Source: Macrostomum lignano
Lineage: Eukaryota
NCBI GenBank assembly: GCA_002269645.1
Contig: NIVC01001195.1
Location: forward strand, 275,604-339,603
Direction of reading: 5' to 3'
Length of the DNA stretch: 64,000 nt
Under the pieces are notes generated by a model. That model was not told the DNA's origin and did no database searches. It worked only from the letters and a program-made list of their open reading frames with translations. Shown piece after piece: positions 26,752-38,462 of the stretch (its first letter is position 1; each line of letters starts with the position of its first letter). The position numbers and the translations under genes were made by a program.

Positions 26752-27058
26752 GAGCCAGCTGCTATTACCTGCTGCGCACGGCCTCAGCCAGCTGCTATTA
26801 CCTGCTGCGCCCGGCCTCAGCCAGCTGCTATTACCTGCTGCGCACGGCCTCAGCCAGCTGCTATTACCTGCTGCGCCCGGCCTCAGCCAGCTGCTATCAC
26901 CTGCTGCGCACGGCCTCAGCCAGCTGCTATCACCTGCTGCGCCCGGCCTCAGCCAGCTGCTATCACCTGCTGCGCACGGCCTCAGCCAGCTGCTATCACC
27001 TGCTGCGCCCGGCCTCAGCCAGCTGCTATCACCTGCTGCGCCCGGCCTCAGCCAGCTG
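26752..27058. repeat. 33-bp minisatellite (AGCCAGCTGCTATCACCTGCTGCGCCCGGCCTC)
   Basis: About 9 copies; explains ORFs 26695..27066 and 26699..27097. Confidence 0.92.
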
Positions 27059-27074
27059 ACCCCTGACCGAAGCG

Positions 27075-27455
27075 ATGGGCCTGGCCTCCGAGGTTGACGA
27101 CTTCCTGCTGCACTCCAGCGGCAACACCCTGCAGCTCTGCACCTTCGCCATCCTGCTGCTGTTTCCTGGCGCCGCCGGCCTCTTCATCGTTGGCGGCGCC
27201 TTCCTGGCTGATGTACAACTGAGGGCCAAGTACTCCTGGCTGCTGCCCTGCTCCGTTGTCATGACGTGTCTGGGCGCCGCGCTGCTGGTTGTCGGATCGA
27301 CAGTCATCGCCAGGCTGTGCCGGTCGCACCGGAGGCAGCAGCGGCTGCGGATGAGCAGGCAGAGCGGCGCTGCTGCCGGCCACCGGCCGCTGGTGACACC
27401 TGCCGGGTGGCAGCAGTACCGAACTGTCCCCAGCAGCACCATTGTGCAGGTGTAG
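27075..27455 (+). CDS. Putative small two-transmembrane protein of unknown family, 126 aa
   Basis: ATG-to-stop ORF with GC-rich codon usage like neighbouring exons. Two hydrophobic helices (LCTFAILLLFPGAAGLFIVGGAFLA; WLLPCSVVMTCLGAALLVVGSTVIA) followed by a basic stretch. I do not recognise a homolog. Confidence 0.55.
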   Translation: MGLASEVDDFLLHSSGNTLQLCTFAILLLFPGAAGLFIVGGAFLADVQLRAKYSWLLPCSVVMTCLGAALLVVGSTVIARLCRSHRRQQRLRMSRQSGAAAGHRPLVTPAGWQQYRTVPSSTIVQV

Positions 27456-27599
27456 CTGCTTCTCCTGGTGAGCAACATCACCCACCTGCTGCATTTCTGC
27501 TTCTATTAAGGCTGAAGCTGATCGACACAATGTACACGTGTAGAGGAGGCCTGTGTTTGCTTTATAGTTTTTCTTTTTCGTTATAATGTCCTATCTAGA

Positions 27600-29060
27600 C
27601 TGTAAGTGTCACTCTTGATGTCACTCCCAGTGTCACTCCGACTGAAAATGGTCACTCCCAGTGTCACTCCAACTGAAAATGATCACTCCAACTGTAAATG
27701 GTCACTCCCAGTGTCACTCCAACTGTAAATGGTCACTCCCAGTGTCACTCCAACTGAAAATGGTCACTCTGATCCCAGTGTCACTCCGACTGAAAATGGT
27801 CACTCCGATCCCAGTGTCACTCCAACTGAAAATGGTCACTCCGATCTCAGTGTCACTACAACTGTAAATTGTCACTCACAGTGTCACTCCGACTGAAAAT
27901 GGTCACTCTCAGTGTCACTCCAACTGAAAATGGTCACTCCCAGTGTCACTCCAACTGATAATGGTCAGTCGGTCACTCCCAGTGAAACTCCCAATATCAT
28001 TCTGTGTCACTCTGATTGAAACTCACAGTGTCACTCCAACTGAAGGGTTTAATGTCACTCCCTTTGAGTCCCCTCTGTGACTCCAGTAGTGGTACCGCAA
28101 GAGCTGCTTGTGCATGTACAGCAAGAGCGATAGACTGGAAATCCACATTTTTACTCTATCTTTTTCTTGTTCAGAATTCTGTAGTATTGGCTCCTGTACA
28201 CAAGTGGAAAGATTTTTAATTACTCGGAAATAATTTTGTCTGATTGTATAAAAAATGAAAACCATCCGCTGCTGAACTTTGATTGCTTTTGTTTAAGTTT
28301 TTTTAGATTCAAAAATCAATTTTTATTTAAAATAAACGTAACTGCAATGGCATTTGAACACGAGAGTTTTGTTTGCGTAGTTTGAAATTTGAGAGATAAA
28401 AAATAGCAAATCTTTTAATGGAGATTGTCAATCAAAAAATGATTCTGACCGCAAACTACAATTTTCAGAAAAATACAAAATTAGAGTAATTGACGAGTCT
28501 GTATTTGAATATTTAGCAGTGCTGGCAGACACACCGTGACACAGTTCCTTGTTCACATCAAATCACGGGGACACAAATCATGAATCGTGTCAATTGAAGC
28601 TCAGTTGCAATTCATCTTCATTGTCCCAATTTCACTCTTTTCGCTCACTCTCTCTGTCTGAAATTGTCACTTCCAGTGTCTGCAATTGTCACTCCCAGTG
28701 TCTGCAATTGTCACTTCCAGTGTCTGCAATTGTCACTCCCAGTGTCTGCAATTGTCACTCCAGTGTCTGATGCAATTGTCACTCCCAGTGTTGCAATTGG
28801 CACTCCCAGTGTTGCAATTGTCACTCCTAGTGTCTGCAATTGGCACTCCCAGTGTTGCAATTGTCACTCCTAGTGTCTAAAATTGTCACTCCCAGTGTCT
28901 GATGCAATTGTCACTCCCAGTGTCTGCAATTGTCACACCCAGTGTCTGTAACTGTCACACCCAGTGTCTGCAATTGTCACTCCCAGTGTCTGCAATTGTC
29001 ACTCCCAGTGTCTGCAATTGTCACTCCTAGTGTCTGCAATTGTCGCTCCCATTTTCACTC
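27600..29060. repeat. Two degenerate arrays with a GTCACTCC core (27600-28085; 22-bp TGCAATTGTCACTCCCAGTGTC at 28660-29060)
   Basis: Repeats seen directly. Confidence 0.85.
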
Positions 29061-29339
29061 CCAGTTTTACTAGCTACAATAGATAAATTGAAATCGTATT
29101 AGAAAAAATAGTAAAAATGATCATACTACTTACTGTATTAAGTAACCATCTGCGGACACAAATTCATGTGCAATATGCATGCATTTAAACGGATATTCTC
29201 AGTGCTGAAATATTTCACAAGTGTGCAGTGACATTTACAATGTAGCTCAAAACTTGTCCAAGTAAAGTGAAAGTGTAAATTGCAATCCTTATTGCCGCAG
29301 CTTCAAATCTACCTACAAATTTCACTCAGGAGCACAACG

Positions 29340-30037
29340 GTTGTCACTCCCACTGTCATCCCTATTGTCACTCCCACTGTCATCCCTATTGTCACTCCCA
29401 CTGTCATCCCTATTGTCACTCCCACTGTCATCCCTATTGTCACTCCCACTGTCATCCCTATTGTCACTCCCACTGTCATCCCTATTGTCACTCCCACTGT
29501 CATCCCTATTGTCACTCCCACTGTCATCCCTATTGTCACTCCCACTGTCATCCCTATTGTCACTCCCACTGTCATCCCTATTGTCACTCCCACTGTCATC
29601 CCTATTGTCACTCCCACTGTCATCCCTATTGTCACTCCCACTGTCATCCCTATTGTCACTCCCACTGTCATCCCTATTGTCACTCCCACTGTCATCCCTA
29701 TTGTCACTCCCACTGTCATCCCTATTGTCACTCCCACTGTCATCCCTATTGTCACTCCCACTGTCATCCCTATTGTCACTCCCACTGTCATCCCTATTGT
29801 CACTCCCACTGTCATCCCTATTGTCACTCCCACTGTCATCCCTATTGTCACTCCCACTGTCATCCCTATTGTCACTCCCACTGTCATCCCTATTGTCACT
29901 CCCACTGTCATCCCTATTGTCACTCCCACTGTCATCCCTATTGTCACTCCCAATGCCATCCCATTGTCACTCCCACTGTCATCCCTATTGTCACTCCCAA
30001 TGCCATCCCATTGTCACTCCCACTGTCACTCCCGATG
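29340..30037. repeat. 24-bp minisatellite (TTGTCACTCCCACTGTCATCCCTA), highly homogeneous, abutting the MYORG stop codon
   Basis: Tandem array; explains the VTPTVIPI and LPLSSLLS repeat ORFs. Confidence 0.95.
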
Positions 30038-33000
30038 TCACTCGACCAGCCAGAAGGCTGCCACCGAGTCGAGCGGCACCGTCACGTCTTTCTCTTGCGG
30101 CCCGACAATGTCCTGCGACCCGTCCTCGGGCGCGAACCAGGGCCTCCACCGGCCGCTGGGGAAGTGCACCGTGCGGGATTTTGCGCCGGGCTCCAGCACC
30201 GGGGCCGCCAGGATCGAACGGCCCAGCAGGAACTGGTCGGCGCTGCCCGGCCGGCCGTCCTTCAGCCACCACATCGGACGCAGCAGGGGGTCACCGTTGG
30301 CCAGAAGGTCAGCCAGAGCCGACTTCATGTTGTCGCGGAAGCGGGGTTCACTGCGGATGGCCAGCAGACGCCTGGAGATGTTCACCACCTCCTGTGGGTT
30401 AGGGAGATTAGCTAGATTAGCAATCCATTCTGTTCCAGCTCATCCCTGATCGGCTAGATTAGCAATCCATTTTGTTCCAGCTCATCCCTGATTGGCTAGA
30501 TTAGCAATCCATTCTGTTCCAGCTCATCCCTGATTGGCTAGATTAGCAATTCATTTTGTTCCAACTATCACTTATTGGCTAGATTAGCAATCCATTCTGT
30601 TCCAGCTCATCACTGATTGGCTAGATTAGCAATCCATTCTGTTCCAGCTCCTCACTGATTGGCTAGATTAGCAATCCATTCTGTTCCAGCTCCTCACTGA
30701 TTGGCTAGATTAGCAATCCATTCTGTTCCAGCTCCTCACTGATTGGCTAGATTAGCTATCCATTCTGTTCCAGCTCATCACTGATTGGCTAGATTAGCAA
30801 CCCCCCACTGACCTCATCGTAGTGCCATGGCGGCACAGACAGCTGCAGTGATGGCATGAGTACAGTTGCCTGCAGCCAGCGGATGTACAGCTCCCTGTCC
30901 GGGTAGCAGTTCCCGTCCAGGCCGTCCGGTCCTTCGCAGTAGGCGTTGCCGCCCACCATGTCGGGTAGATGAAAATTGTAGCCGATGAGACAATGCAGCA
31001 GGGCGGAGGTGACCATGGCTTTAAGTCCGTTGTCCAGGCCCCAGTGCGAGTCCTTGTCGATGGCGCGGACAGTCAGCGGCAGGTGCTGGGCGCGGAAGCC
31101 GACGCGGACCTCCTGGCGGCGCCGCAGGGGGTCGAGGCGGATGCCGAAGTCGGCCCAGGCGTTCGCGTACCAGCCGGGGTTGCTGCGGTTGTCGAAGCCG
31201 CGAAGGCGGGAGTTCTCGGGCAGCCAGTTGAACTCGCCGGCATCCAGCTTGAAGGAATCCACGCCGAAGTCCGTCTTGAGGAGTTGGAGCTCCTGCATCA
31301 GGTACCTGTGGTGTCCGGGATTCAGCGATAAGCACTGATGGACTGGGGGAATTTCGCTCCTCTCTATTGAGGGAATATAATAACCCCATAGTACTTGTAG
31401 GTTCCAGTGTCTTATGGTAGTTTCTGGTGTCGTATGGTAGGTTGCGGTGTCTTATGGTTGGTTCCGGTGTCTTATGGTAGGCTTCGGTGTCTTATGGTAG
31501 GTTCCGGTGTCTCATGGTAGGTTCCGGTGTCTTATGGTAGGTTTCGGTGTCTTATGGTAGTTTCGGGTGTCTCATGGTAGGTTCCGGTGTCTTATAGTAG
31601 GCTTCGGTGTCTTATGGTAGGTTTCGGTGTCTTATGGTAGTTTCGGGTGTCTTGTGGTAGGTTTCGGTGTCTTATGGTAGGTTGCGGTGTCTTATGGCAG
31701 GTTTCGGTGTCTTATGGTAGTTTCTGGTGTCGTATGGTAGGTTTCGGTGTCTTATGGTAGTTTCAGGTGTCTTGTGGTAGGTTGCGGTGTCTTATGGTAG
31801 GTTTCGGTGTCTTTGGTAGGTTGCGGTGTCTTATGGTAGGTTTCGGTGTCTTATGGTAGTTTCGGGTGTCTCATGGTAGGTTGCGGTGTCTTATGGTAGG
31901 TTTCGGTGTCTTATGGTAGTTTCGGGTGTCTTGTGGTAGGTTTCGGTGTCTTATGGTAGGTTGCGGTGTCTTATGGCAGGTTTCGGTGTCTTATGGTAGT
32001 TTCTGGTGTCGTATGGTAGGTTTCGGTGTCTTATGGTAGTTTCAGGTGTCTTGTGGTAGGTTGCGGTGTCTTATGGTAGGTTTCGGTGTCTTTGGTAGTT
32101 TCTGGTGTCGTATGGTAGGTTTCGGTGTCTTATGGTAGTTTCGGGTGTCTTGTGGTAGGTTGCGGTGTCTTATGGTAGGTTCGGGTGTCTTAGGGTAGGT
32201 TTTGATGTCCTGTGCAGGATCTTCCAGCTCCTTTCTGAAGGCCTTCAAAGCCTGCCTGCGCCACTCACTTTGACCCTTCACCCTCCACATCCGTGATGTC
32301 CACCATGGCCGCGCTGAGGTTCGCCCCGCGCCACCAGCTGGTGAAGGCGGGCTCGTCCAGCCGCGTCCTTGAGGTGAGCAGGAAGCTGCCGTTCCTCCTG
32401 GTCACCTGGGCTCCCGTGGCGAACGCCTCCGAGTCTTTGTTGACAAACGGGTGCACCCAGAGCGTCAGGTTGTAGCCCTGGTCGTGCACCCCCCTGACCA
32501 TGGCGGCCGGGTCGGGAAACCGAGCTGTGTCAAACACGTGGTCGCCGTAGTTCACCGTCCATTTGTCGTCGACTCCGAGCTGGGAGGCCGGCAAAGCATT
32601 GGCGCTGATGTTGTGCGCGAACTCCAGCACCTGGGATTCGAGGGGCGGGCTGGGCCGCTGGTTTTTCAGTTGCTACCCAGTTGCTATGTACTCCAGTCAC
32701 GATTTTGGGTCATGAAGATTGGGGTCACCGGGAAAAGGGCATTGAGATGAGGTCATCGGGAAAGGGGCATTGAGATGAGGTCACCGGGAAAGGGGCATTG
32801 AGATGAGGTCACCGGGAAAGGGGCATTGAGATGAGGTCACCGGGAAAGGGGCATTGAGATGAGGTCATCGGGAAAGGGGCATTGAGATGAGGTCACCGGG
32901 AAAGGGGCATTGAGATGAGGTCACCGGGAAAGGGGCATTGAGATGAGGTCACCAGGAAAGGGGCATTGAGATGAGGTCACCGGGAAAGTGGCAATGAGAT

Positions 33001-33924
33001 GAGGTCACCGGGAAAGTGGCAATGAGATGAGGTCACCGGGAAAGTGGCAATGAGATGAGGTCACCGGGAAAGGGGCATTGAGATTGAGATTGAGCAACAG
33101 AGCCAGCATCAAGCGGCACCGCAACTCACGGACTCCTGGGTGATGCCGGCCTTCAGGTAGGCCCAGGTGGACCAGACAGGCCTCTCAAACAGGTCCCTTT
33201 CTGGTGTTTCGCTGGGTCCCCGCCAGAACTGGGTGGCCCGGTAGAGCGACTTGATGTCGGCGCCCGAGCAGACGGAGTAGGCGAGCAGCGGGTCTCCCGG
33301 ATTTCTCGCCGCCAGATTGCCGTAGACTTCAGCGCTGCGGCTTCCGCTGAGGCAGAGCCTGCCGCCGGAGATGCTGACGTACAGCGGCACCGAGTCCTCA
33401 ACGAACACAGCGAAGCCACCCGTGGAGATCCAGAATCGCTCGATTGCCCCGCCGAACTGTCGCAGGTAGACGTCGCTGGGCACGTAGGCCGTCCGCACCT
33501 GCTCACCTGTGTTGAGCGGCCAGTCCTGGCGCCACATCTCGGCGCCGCCGAACCAGAACTCGCCGCTCATGTCGAAACAGTCCGTGACCTCCTTGACCGA
33601 CTGGGTGAGCCGCCACTCGAACAGCCGGCAGGAGGCGTTCGCCGCGGGGTCGGCGTTCTGCCTGACATAGGCGGCCGAGCTGTCGCCGCAGTGGAAGTAC
33701 TTGCCGGACCTCTTGGCCGTGTTGTTGAGGTTCAGCTGCACTTTCAGCCGCTTGCCCGAAGGCGCGGTGAGCAGCAGCTGGTCGAGCTTCACGTCGTGAT
33801 CAGGGCAGGTGCGCTCCCGGGGCACGAGTGTGGGCAGCAGAGCGGTGATGACAAAGGTGGCGGTGAGGCAGACCAGGATGAATCCGAGGAGGGCCAGCAG
33901 CTGGCCGCTGATTTTGAGTCCCAT
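30038..33924 (-). CDS. MYORG: MYORG/KIAA1161-like GH31 glycosidase, type II membrane protein, 4 exons, about 667 aa
   Basis: Exons 33924-33130, 32630-32269, 31305-30813, 30391-30038 (2004 nt, phases 0/2/0). N-terminal TM helix; PVWSTWA, GVDDKW, FPDP, LWVHPF, nucleophile motif FKLDAGE, DKDSHWG, PDMVGGN, ELYIRW, PLLRPMWW, DQFLLG, APV. Confidence 0.9.
30405..30800. repeat. 42-bp minisatellite (GCTAGATTAGCAATCCATTCTGTTCCAGCTCATCCCTGATTG) in MYORG intron 3
   Basis: Period 42 (30421 and 30463). Confidence 0.92.
31395..32200. repeat. 20-bp minisatellite (GGTTTCGGTGTCTTATGGTA) in MYORG intron 2
   Basis: Tandem array seen directly. Confidence 0.93.
32720..33085. repeat. 28-bp minisatellite (GAGATGAGGTCACCGGGAAAGGGGCATT) in MYORG intron 1
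   Basis: Tandem array seen directly. Confidence 0.93.
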
Positions 33925-34826
33925 GGTTGGATGGCGCAGCAACGGACTGAGCGGCCAACCGAGCTAATAAATAAAGATTCTCAAGGCTGCGAGGTGTGTT
34001 TGCTGAACAGTTGACGTTTCGTTGGCTTGACGGGGGGCCACCTGTTGCGCTAAAATAACTGCGGCTTGAGTTCGCAGCTCAGGGGTGCAGGTAAATCATA
34101 ATCATAGCGACGGAGCAGCGGTGGTCATTGGGGTGGGACGAGTCCCAAAGATAAGATATAACACCCCACAGCCAGCGACCAATGGTTTCCTTTTTTCGTC
34201 ACACACAACTTTGAACTCGATTATATATGGTTTGATTCTCTTGGTTCTCTGCAAAAGTTCTCTCTTGGGTTAAACACGCGTATATAGCGTTAAGTTCGGT
34301 CTGAAAAAGCTGCCGAAATGGCTCCGAGCGCGAACGATGCACTTCTTATGATCAGAAAGAGGTCTAGTGATATCTTGCGCTTTTTAGTAAATTAGACTAG
34401 CGATTTGCCCCCCTTTAAGGTATCTGCGGTTTTCCATCGTGTTTCGAACTTTTGCTGAAGCAGCCAGAAATAAATACTGTTTGAGTCTAAACAAGTTTAG
34501 ACTCGAACAGTTGTAGAAGTGCAACTTTTTTGTTCGATTTCAATCTCATTGATTTTCTCGCTGCATTAATTTTGCCAGTTAGTTGGTAACTCTTGGAAGT
34601 ACAGGTACGGCAGCAGATCGCTGCAGGGAGAAGAGCGGAGAGCACATGAAATACGACTCAACTCAATAAAGGGGGAGAGGAGCCAAAAGAAACCTCACTG
34701 CTCGCTCTTAAGACGCGACCCTGGATGATTCACCGCGACTGTACTGTATCGAGACTCCAGCGTGTCAGGCTCATTCATGCTTTCTGCTTACAGGCGCGAG
34801 CAGGCCGAAGCCGGGGTTGCTGCCTT

Positions 34827-35017
34827 GTAGGCTAAGGGCTAAGGCGAACAGAAGCACTTTCGAACGATCACTGAGTATTGGGACCTTGTAGGCTAAGGCG
34901 AACAGAAGCACTTTCGAACGATCACTGAGTATTGGGACCTTGTAGGCTAAGGCGAACAGAAGCACTTTTGAACGATCACTGAGTATTGGGACCTTGTAGG
35001 CTAAGGCGAACAGAAGA
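34827..35017. repeat. 54-bp tandem repeat, about 3.5 copies
   Basis: Unit GTAGGCTAAGGCGAACAGAAGCACTTTCGAACGATCACTGAGTATTGGGACCTT. Confidence 0.88.
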
Positions 35018-35396
35018 CACAGTTCCGAAGTTCATTTTATGCCAGCGTGTCCGAGATGGCTTCATCGCTTATAATCTCAAATCAATCAGCTGCCAACTTT
35101 ATAAGCATGTTTTAACTTCTTTTAATTTTAGTTCAATAAAAATTAAATAGAGTTGAAGGGTGCTTCGTCCTCCCTATTCTATCAATGGTCAGGTGGGGAG
35201 GGCGAGCTCAGGATTGTGAATTGCTCAGGAGCAAAACACTTGCTATTCAGAGGACCAAAGTAATATAGAAAACAGTGTCACCTCAGTTCATCAGTTTAAC
35301 GTTTACGGTGTTTTCTGTCCAAGCAAATTACGGCAGTAAATCGTTTAGCGGAGGTGGCGTCAGGTGACCTTGCGGCCCAGCCGTCACGTGACTCGG

Positions 35397-36005
35397 TCAC
35401 TCGCAGTAGAACCAGAACACGGCCGCCGAGGCCAGAAAGCTCGGCCTCTCCAGCGTGCAGGTGACGAAGTCGTCCAGCTCCGAGTCGCCCGCAGTTCTCG
35501 ACGCCATCATGAGGTGCTGCTGCTCCCGCTGCGTCACCGTCACCATGACAACGATCTTGTAGCGCGGGCAGCTGAAGTTGTTCTTCATCCGGCGCTTCAC
35601 GTCTTCGGTGACCATCTTGGCCAGCTTGGGCGTCGCCTTGGCGTCGTAGCGCGACTCGGCCAGGAAGAACTTCAGGCTGTTCTCGGCGATGCGGCGCACC
35701 TCGGCGGCCGGGTACCTGGCGGCGGGCTCCGGGCCCAGCCGGTAGCTGTTCTCCTGCCGGCGCACCGGCCGGTTGCGGCGGTGCCGGGCGCGCAGGTCGC
35801 CGATGCGCCGCTTCAGCATCATCAGCGTGGCGAGGCTCGGCTGCTTCACCTTGGCGGCGGCTGGGGCGGAGCCCGAGAAGGCCGGAGACTTCGATAGGTG
35901 CCGCCGATCGCCGCCAGATGAAGCGGCGCTTGTCGTCGTCGGCGGCTGCGGCGGCGGCGGCGGGCCCAGCCTGCGACCGGTTGCGCTGGACGTGGATGTT
36001 GCCAT
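35397..36005 (-). CDS. Tctex-1 domain dynein light chain (TCTEX1D/DYNLT-like), about 202 aa; start codon tentative
   Basis: Tctex-1 pattern: ENSYRLGP...EVRRIAENSL...Y......LAKMVTEDVKRRMK..FSCPRYKIVV.V.V......MASR...DSELDDFV....VFWFYCE. Low-complexity N-terminal extension. Confidence 0.85.
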   Translation of the reverse strand: MATSTSSATGRRLGPPPPPQPPTTTSAASSGGDRRHLSKSPAFSGSAPAAAKVKQPSLATLMMLKRRIGDLRARHRRNRPVRRQENSYRLGPEPAARYPAAEVRRIAENSLKFFLAESRYDAKATPKLAKMVTEDVKRRMKNNFSCPRYKIVVMVTVTQREQQHLMMASRTAGDSELDDFVTCTLERPSFLASAAVFWFYCE

Positions 36006-36657
36006 GACAACAGGCTGCGGTATCCAACTGTGCCTTGGCTGTGTTGCTCTGATTTCCTCCCTGAGTCTCGGCTTTGCTTTTATAAGCTGCCCCAGCCTCC
36101 GGAGCATTCAGCTCAGCCCGGGGGGGGGGCAAAGCTGCTTACAGAATGCTTTGAACGGCTCGCTTCCTCAGTTACTGGGGAAACAAAAGGAGTTGGCGCT
36201 GCTACTGCGGCAGCCGGAAAAAGGGCCCGGGCGTTTTGGGCTGTGTGCTCAGCGGGAAATGGATCCTGTGCAGGGGAGAGCTGGGAGGCTCTCTGCCCTG
36301 CTCCCATTTTCTCTCTGTTGCTTTGACAACCGCCATGAGCTGCTGGTTGAGAATGCATAGATAGGGGAGGGGTGAAAACACAATGAGGCTGAGGCCCGGA
36401 GCGCTGGGCTTGAGCTGCGATCCGAGGAGGTGAACGAGCGATGCAGTCGATCACTTTGAAGGCAGCCGTTCCCTCCGGCCCCATGCACCTTTCATAAAAT
36501 AATTAAGGCTAATGGCTGCTGCCTGAGTGTCTGAGGAGTCTCTTGATAATTGAAGAGAGATCGCTGCTCTATTGTTCAATTTTTTACGCAGTTATTCCGA
36601 ATTAATATTTTACAGTTATTAACATCAGTCAAGCGCTCTGGATAGCTATCAGTCTAG

Positions 36658-38451
36658 CCATGGAGTTTTAGGCTCGTAGAATCTGGATTGGAAACAGATG
36701 AGCAACTAAATCTCACGCTCTGAAACTTTCACGGCCCAGGTCGCAGTTTCTTTCCCACACTCTAGGTCTGAGAACTCCTGGTTTGGAAACCGTTCTGTTC
36801 CAGACTCTAGGTCTAAGAACTCCTGGTTTGGAAACCGTTCTGTTCCAGACTCTAGGTCTAAGAACTCCTGGTTTGGAAACCGTTCTGTTCCAGACTCTAG
36901 GTCTGAGAACTCCTGGTTTGGAAACCGTTCTGTTCCAGACTCTAGGTCTAAGAACTCCTGGTTTGGAAACCGTTCTGTTCCAGACTCTAGGTCTAAGAAC
37001 TCCTGGTTTGGAAACCGTTCTGTTCCAGACTCTAGGTCTGAGAACTCCTGGTTTGGAAACCGTTCTGTTCCAGACTCTAGGTCTAAGAACTCCTGGTTTG
37101 GAAACCGTTCTGTTCCAGACTCTAGGTCTAAGAACTCCTGGTTTGGAAACCGTTCTGTTCCAGACTCTAGGTCTAAGAACTCCTGGTTTGGAAACCGTTC
37201 TGTTCCAGACTCTAGGTCTAAGAACTCCTGGTTTGGAAACCGTTCTGTTCCAGACTCTAGGTCTAAGAACTCCTGGTTTGGAAACCGTTCTGTTCCAGAC
37301 TCTAGGTCTAAGAACTCCTGGTTTGGAAACCGTTCTGTTCCAGACTCTAGGTCTGAGAACTCCTGGTTTGGAAACCGTTCTGTTCCAGACTCTAGGTCTA
37401 AGAACTCCTGGTTTGGAAACCGTTCTGTTCCAGACTCTAGGTCTGAGAACTCCTGGTTTGGAAACCGTTCTGTTCCAGACTCTAGGTCTGAGAACTCCTG
37501 GTTTGGAAACCGTTCTGTTCCAGACTCTAGGTCTAAGAACTCCTGGTTTGGAAACCGTTCTGTTCCAGACTCTAGGTCTGAGAACTCCTGGTTTGGAAAC
37601 CGTTCTGTTCCAGACTCTAGGTCTAAGAACTCCTGGTTTGGAAACCGTTCTGTTCCAGACTCTAGGTCTAAGAACTCCTGGTTTGGAAACCGTTCTGTTC
37701 CAGACTCTAGGTCTGAGAACTCCTGGTTTGGAAACCGTTCTGTTCCAGACTCTAGGTCTAAGAACTCCTGGTTTGGAAACCGTTCTGTTCCAGACTCTAG
37801 GTCTAAGAACTCCTGGTTTGGAAACCGTTCTGTTCCAGACTCTAGGTCTGAGAACTCCTGGTTTGGAAACCGTTCTGTTCCAGACTCTAGGTCTAAGAAC
37901 TCCTGGTTTGGAAACCGTTCTGTTCCAGACTCTAGGTCTAAGAACTCCTGGTTTGGAAACCGTTCTGTTCCAGACTCTAGGTCTAAGAACTCCTGGTTTG
38001 GAAACCGTTCTGTTCCAGACTCTAGGTCTAAGAACTCCTGGTTTGGAAACCGTTCTGTTCCAGACTCTAGGTCTAAGAACTCCTGGTTTGGAAACCGTTC
38101 TGTTCCAGACTCTAGGTCTAAGAACTCCTGGTTTGGAAACCGTTCTGTTCCAGACTCTAGGTCTGAGAACTCCTGGTTTGGAAACCGTTCTGTTCCAGAC
38201 TCTAGGTCTAAGAACTCCTGGTTTGGAAACCGTTCTGTTCCAGACTCTAGGTCTGAGAACTCCTGGTTTGGAAACCGTTCTGTTCCAGACTCTAGGTCTG
38301 AGAACTCCTGGTTTGGAAACCGTCTGTTCCAGACTTCACATTTCGATACTTAAGTGGTCCTTTTTTCTACGAGGTAGGTTTTACGTCGTATATTAAAAAA
38401 CAACTGACCATAGAGTTTCCATTTCCAAACTCCAAGCCTAAAACTCCATGG
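36658..38451. mobile_element. Non-autonomous TIR DNA element (superfamily unassigned) carrying a 45-bp array
   Basis: Perfect 17-bp TIR CCATGGAGTTTTAGGCT at 36658-36674 and 38435-38451, flanked on both sides by CTAG (36654-36657 and 38452-38455). A TA TSD with a 1-bp longer terminus is an equally consistent reading. Confidence 0.72.
36762..38330. repeat. 45-bp minisatellite, about 35 near-identical copies (GAACTCCTGGTTTGGAAACCGTTCTGTTCCAGACTCTAGGTCT[A/G]A)
   Basis: Tandem array with one A/G variant; explains the 537-aa ETVLFQTLGLRTPGL repeat ORF. Confidence 0.97.
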
Positions 38452-38462
38452 CTAGAACTCCA

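Noticed and set aside
29280-30449. Mucin-like VTPTVIPI repeat ORFs
   Set aside because: 24-bp satellite read-through into the antisense strand of MYORG exon 4.
36783-38396. 537-aa ORF of a 15-aa repeat
   Set aside because: A 45-bp unit that happens to lack a stop in one frame; no ATG start, and synonymous variation is limited to one site.
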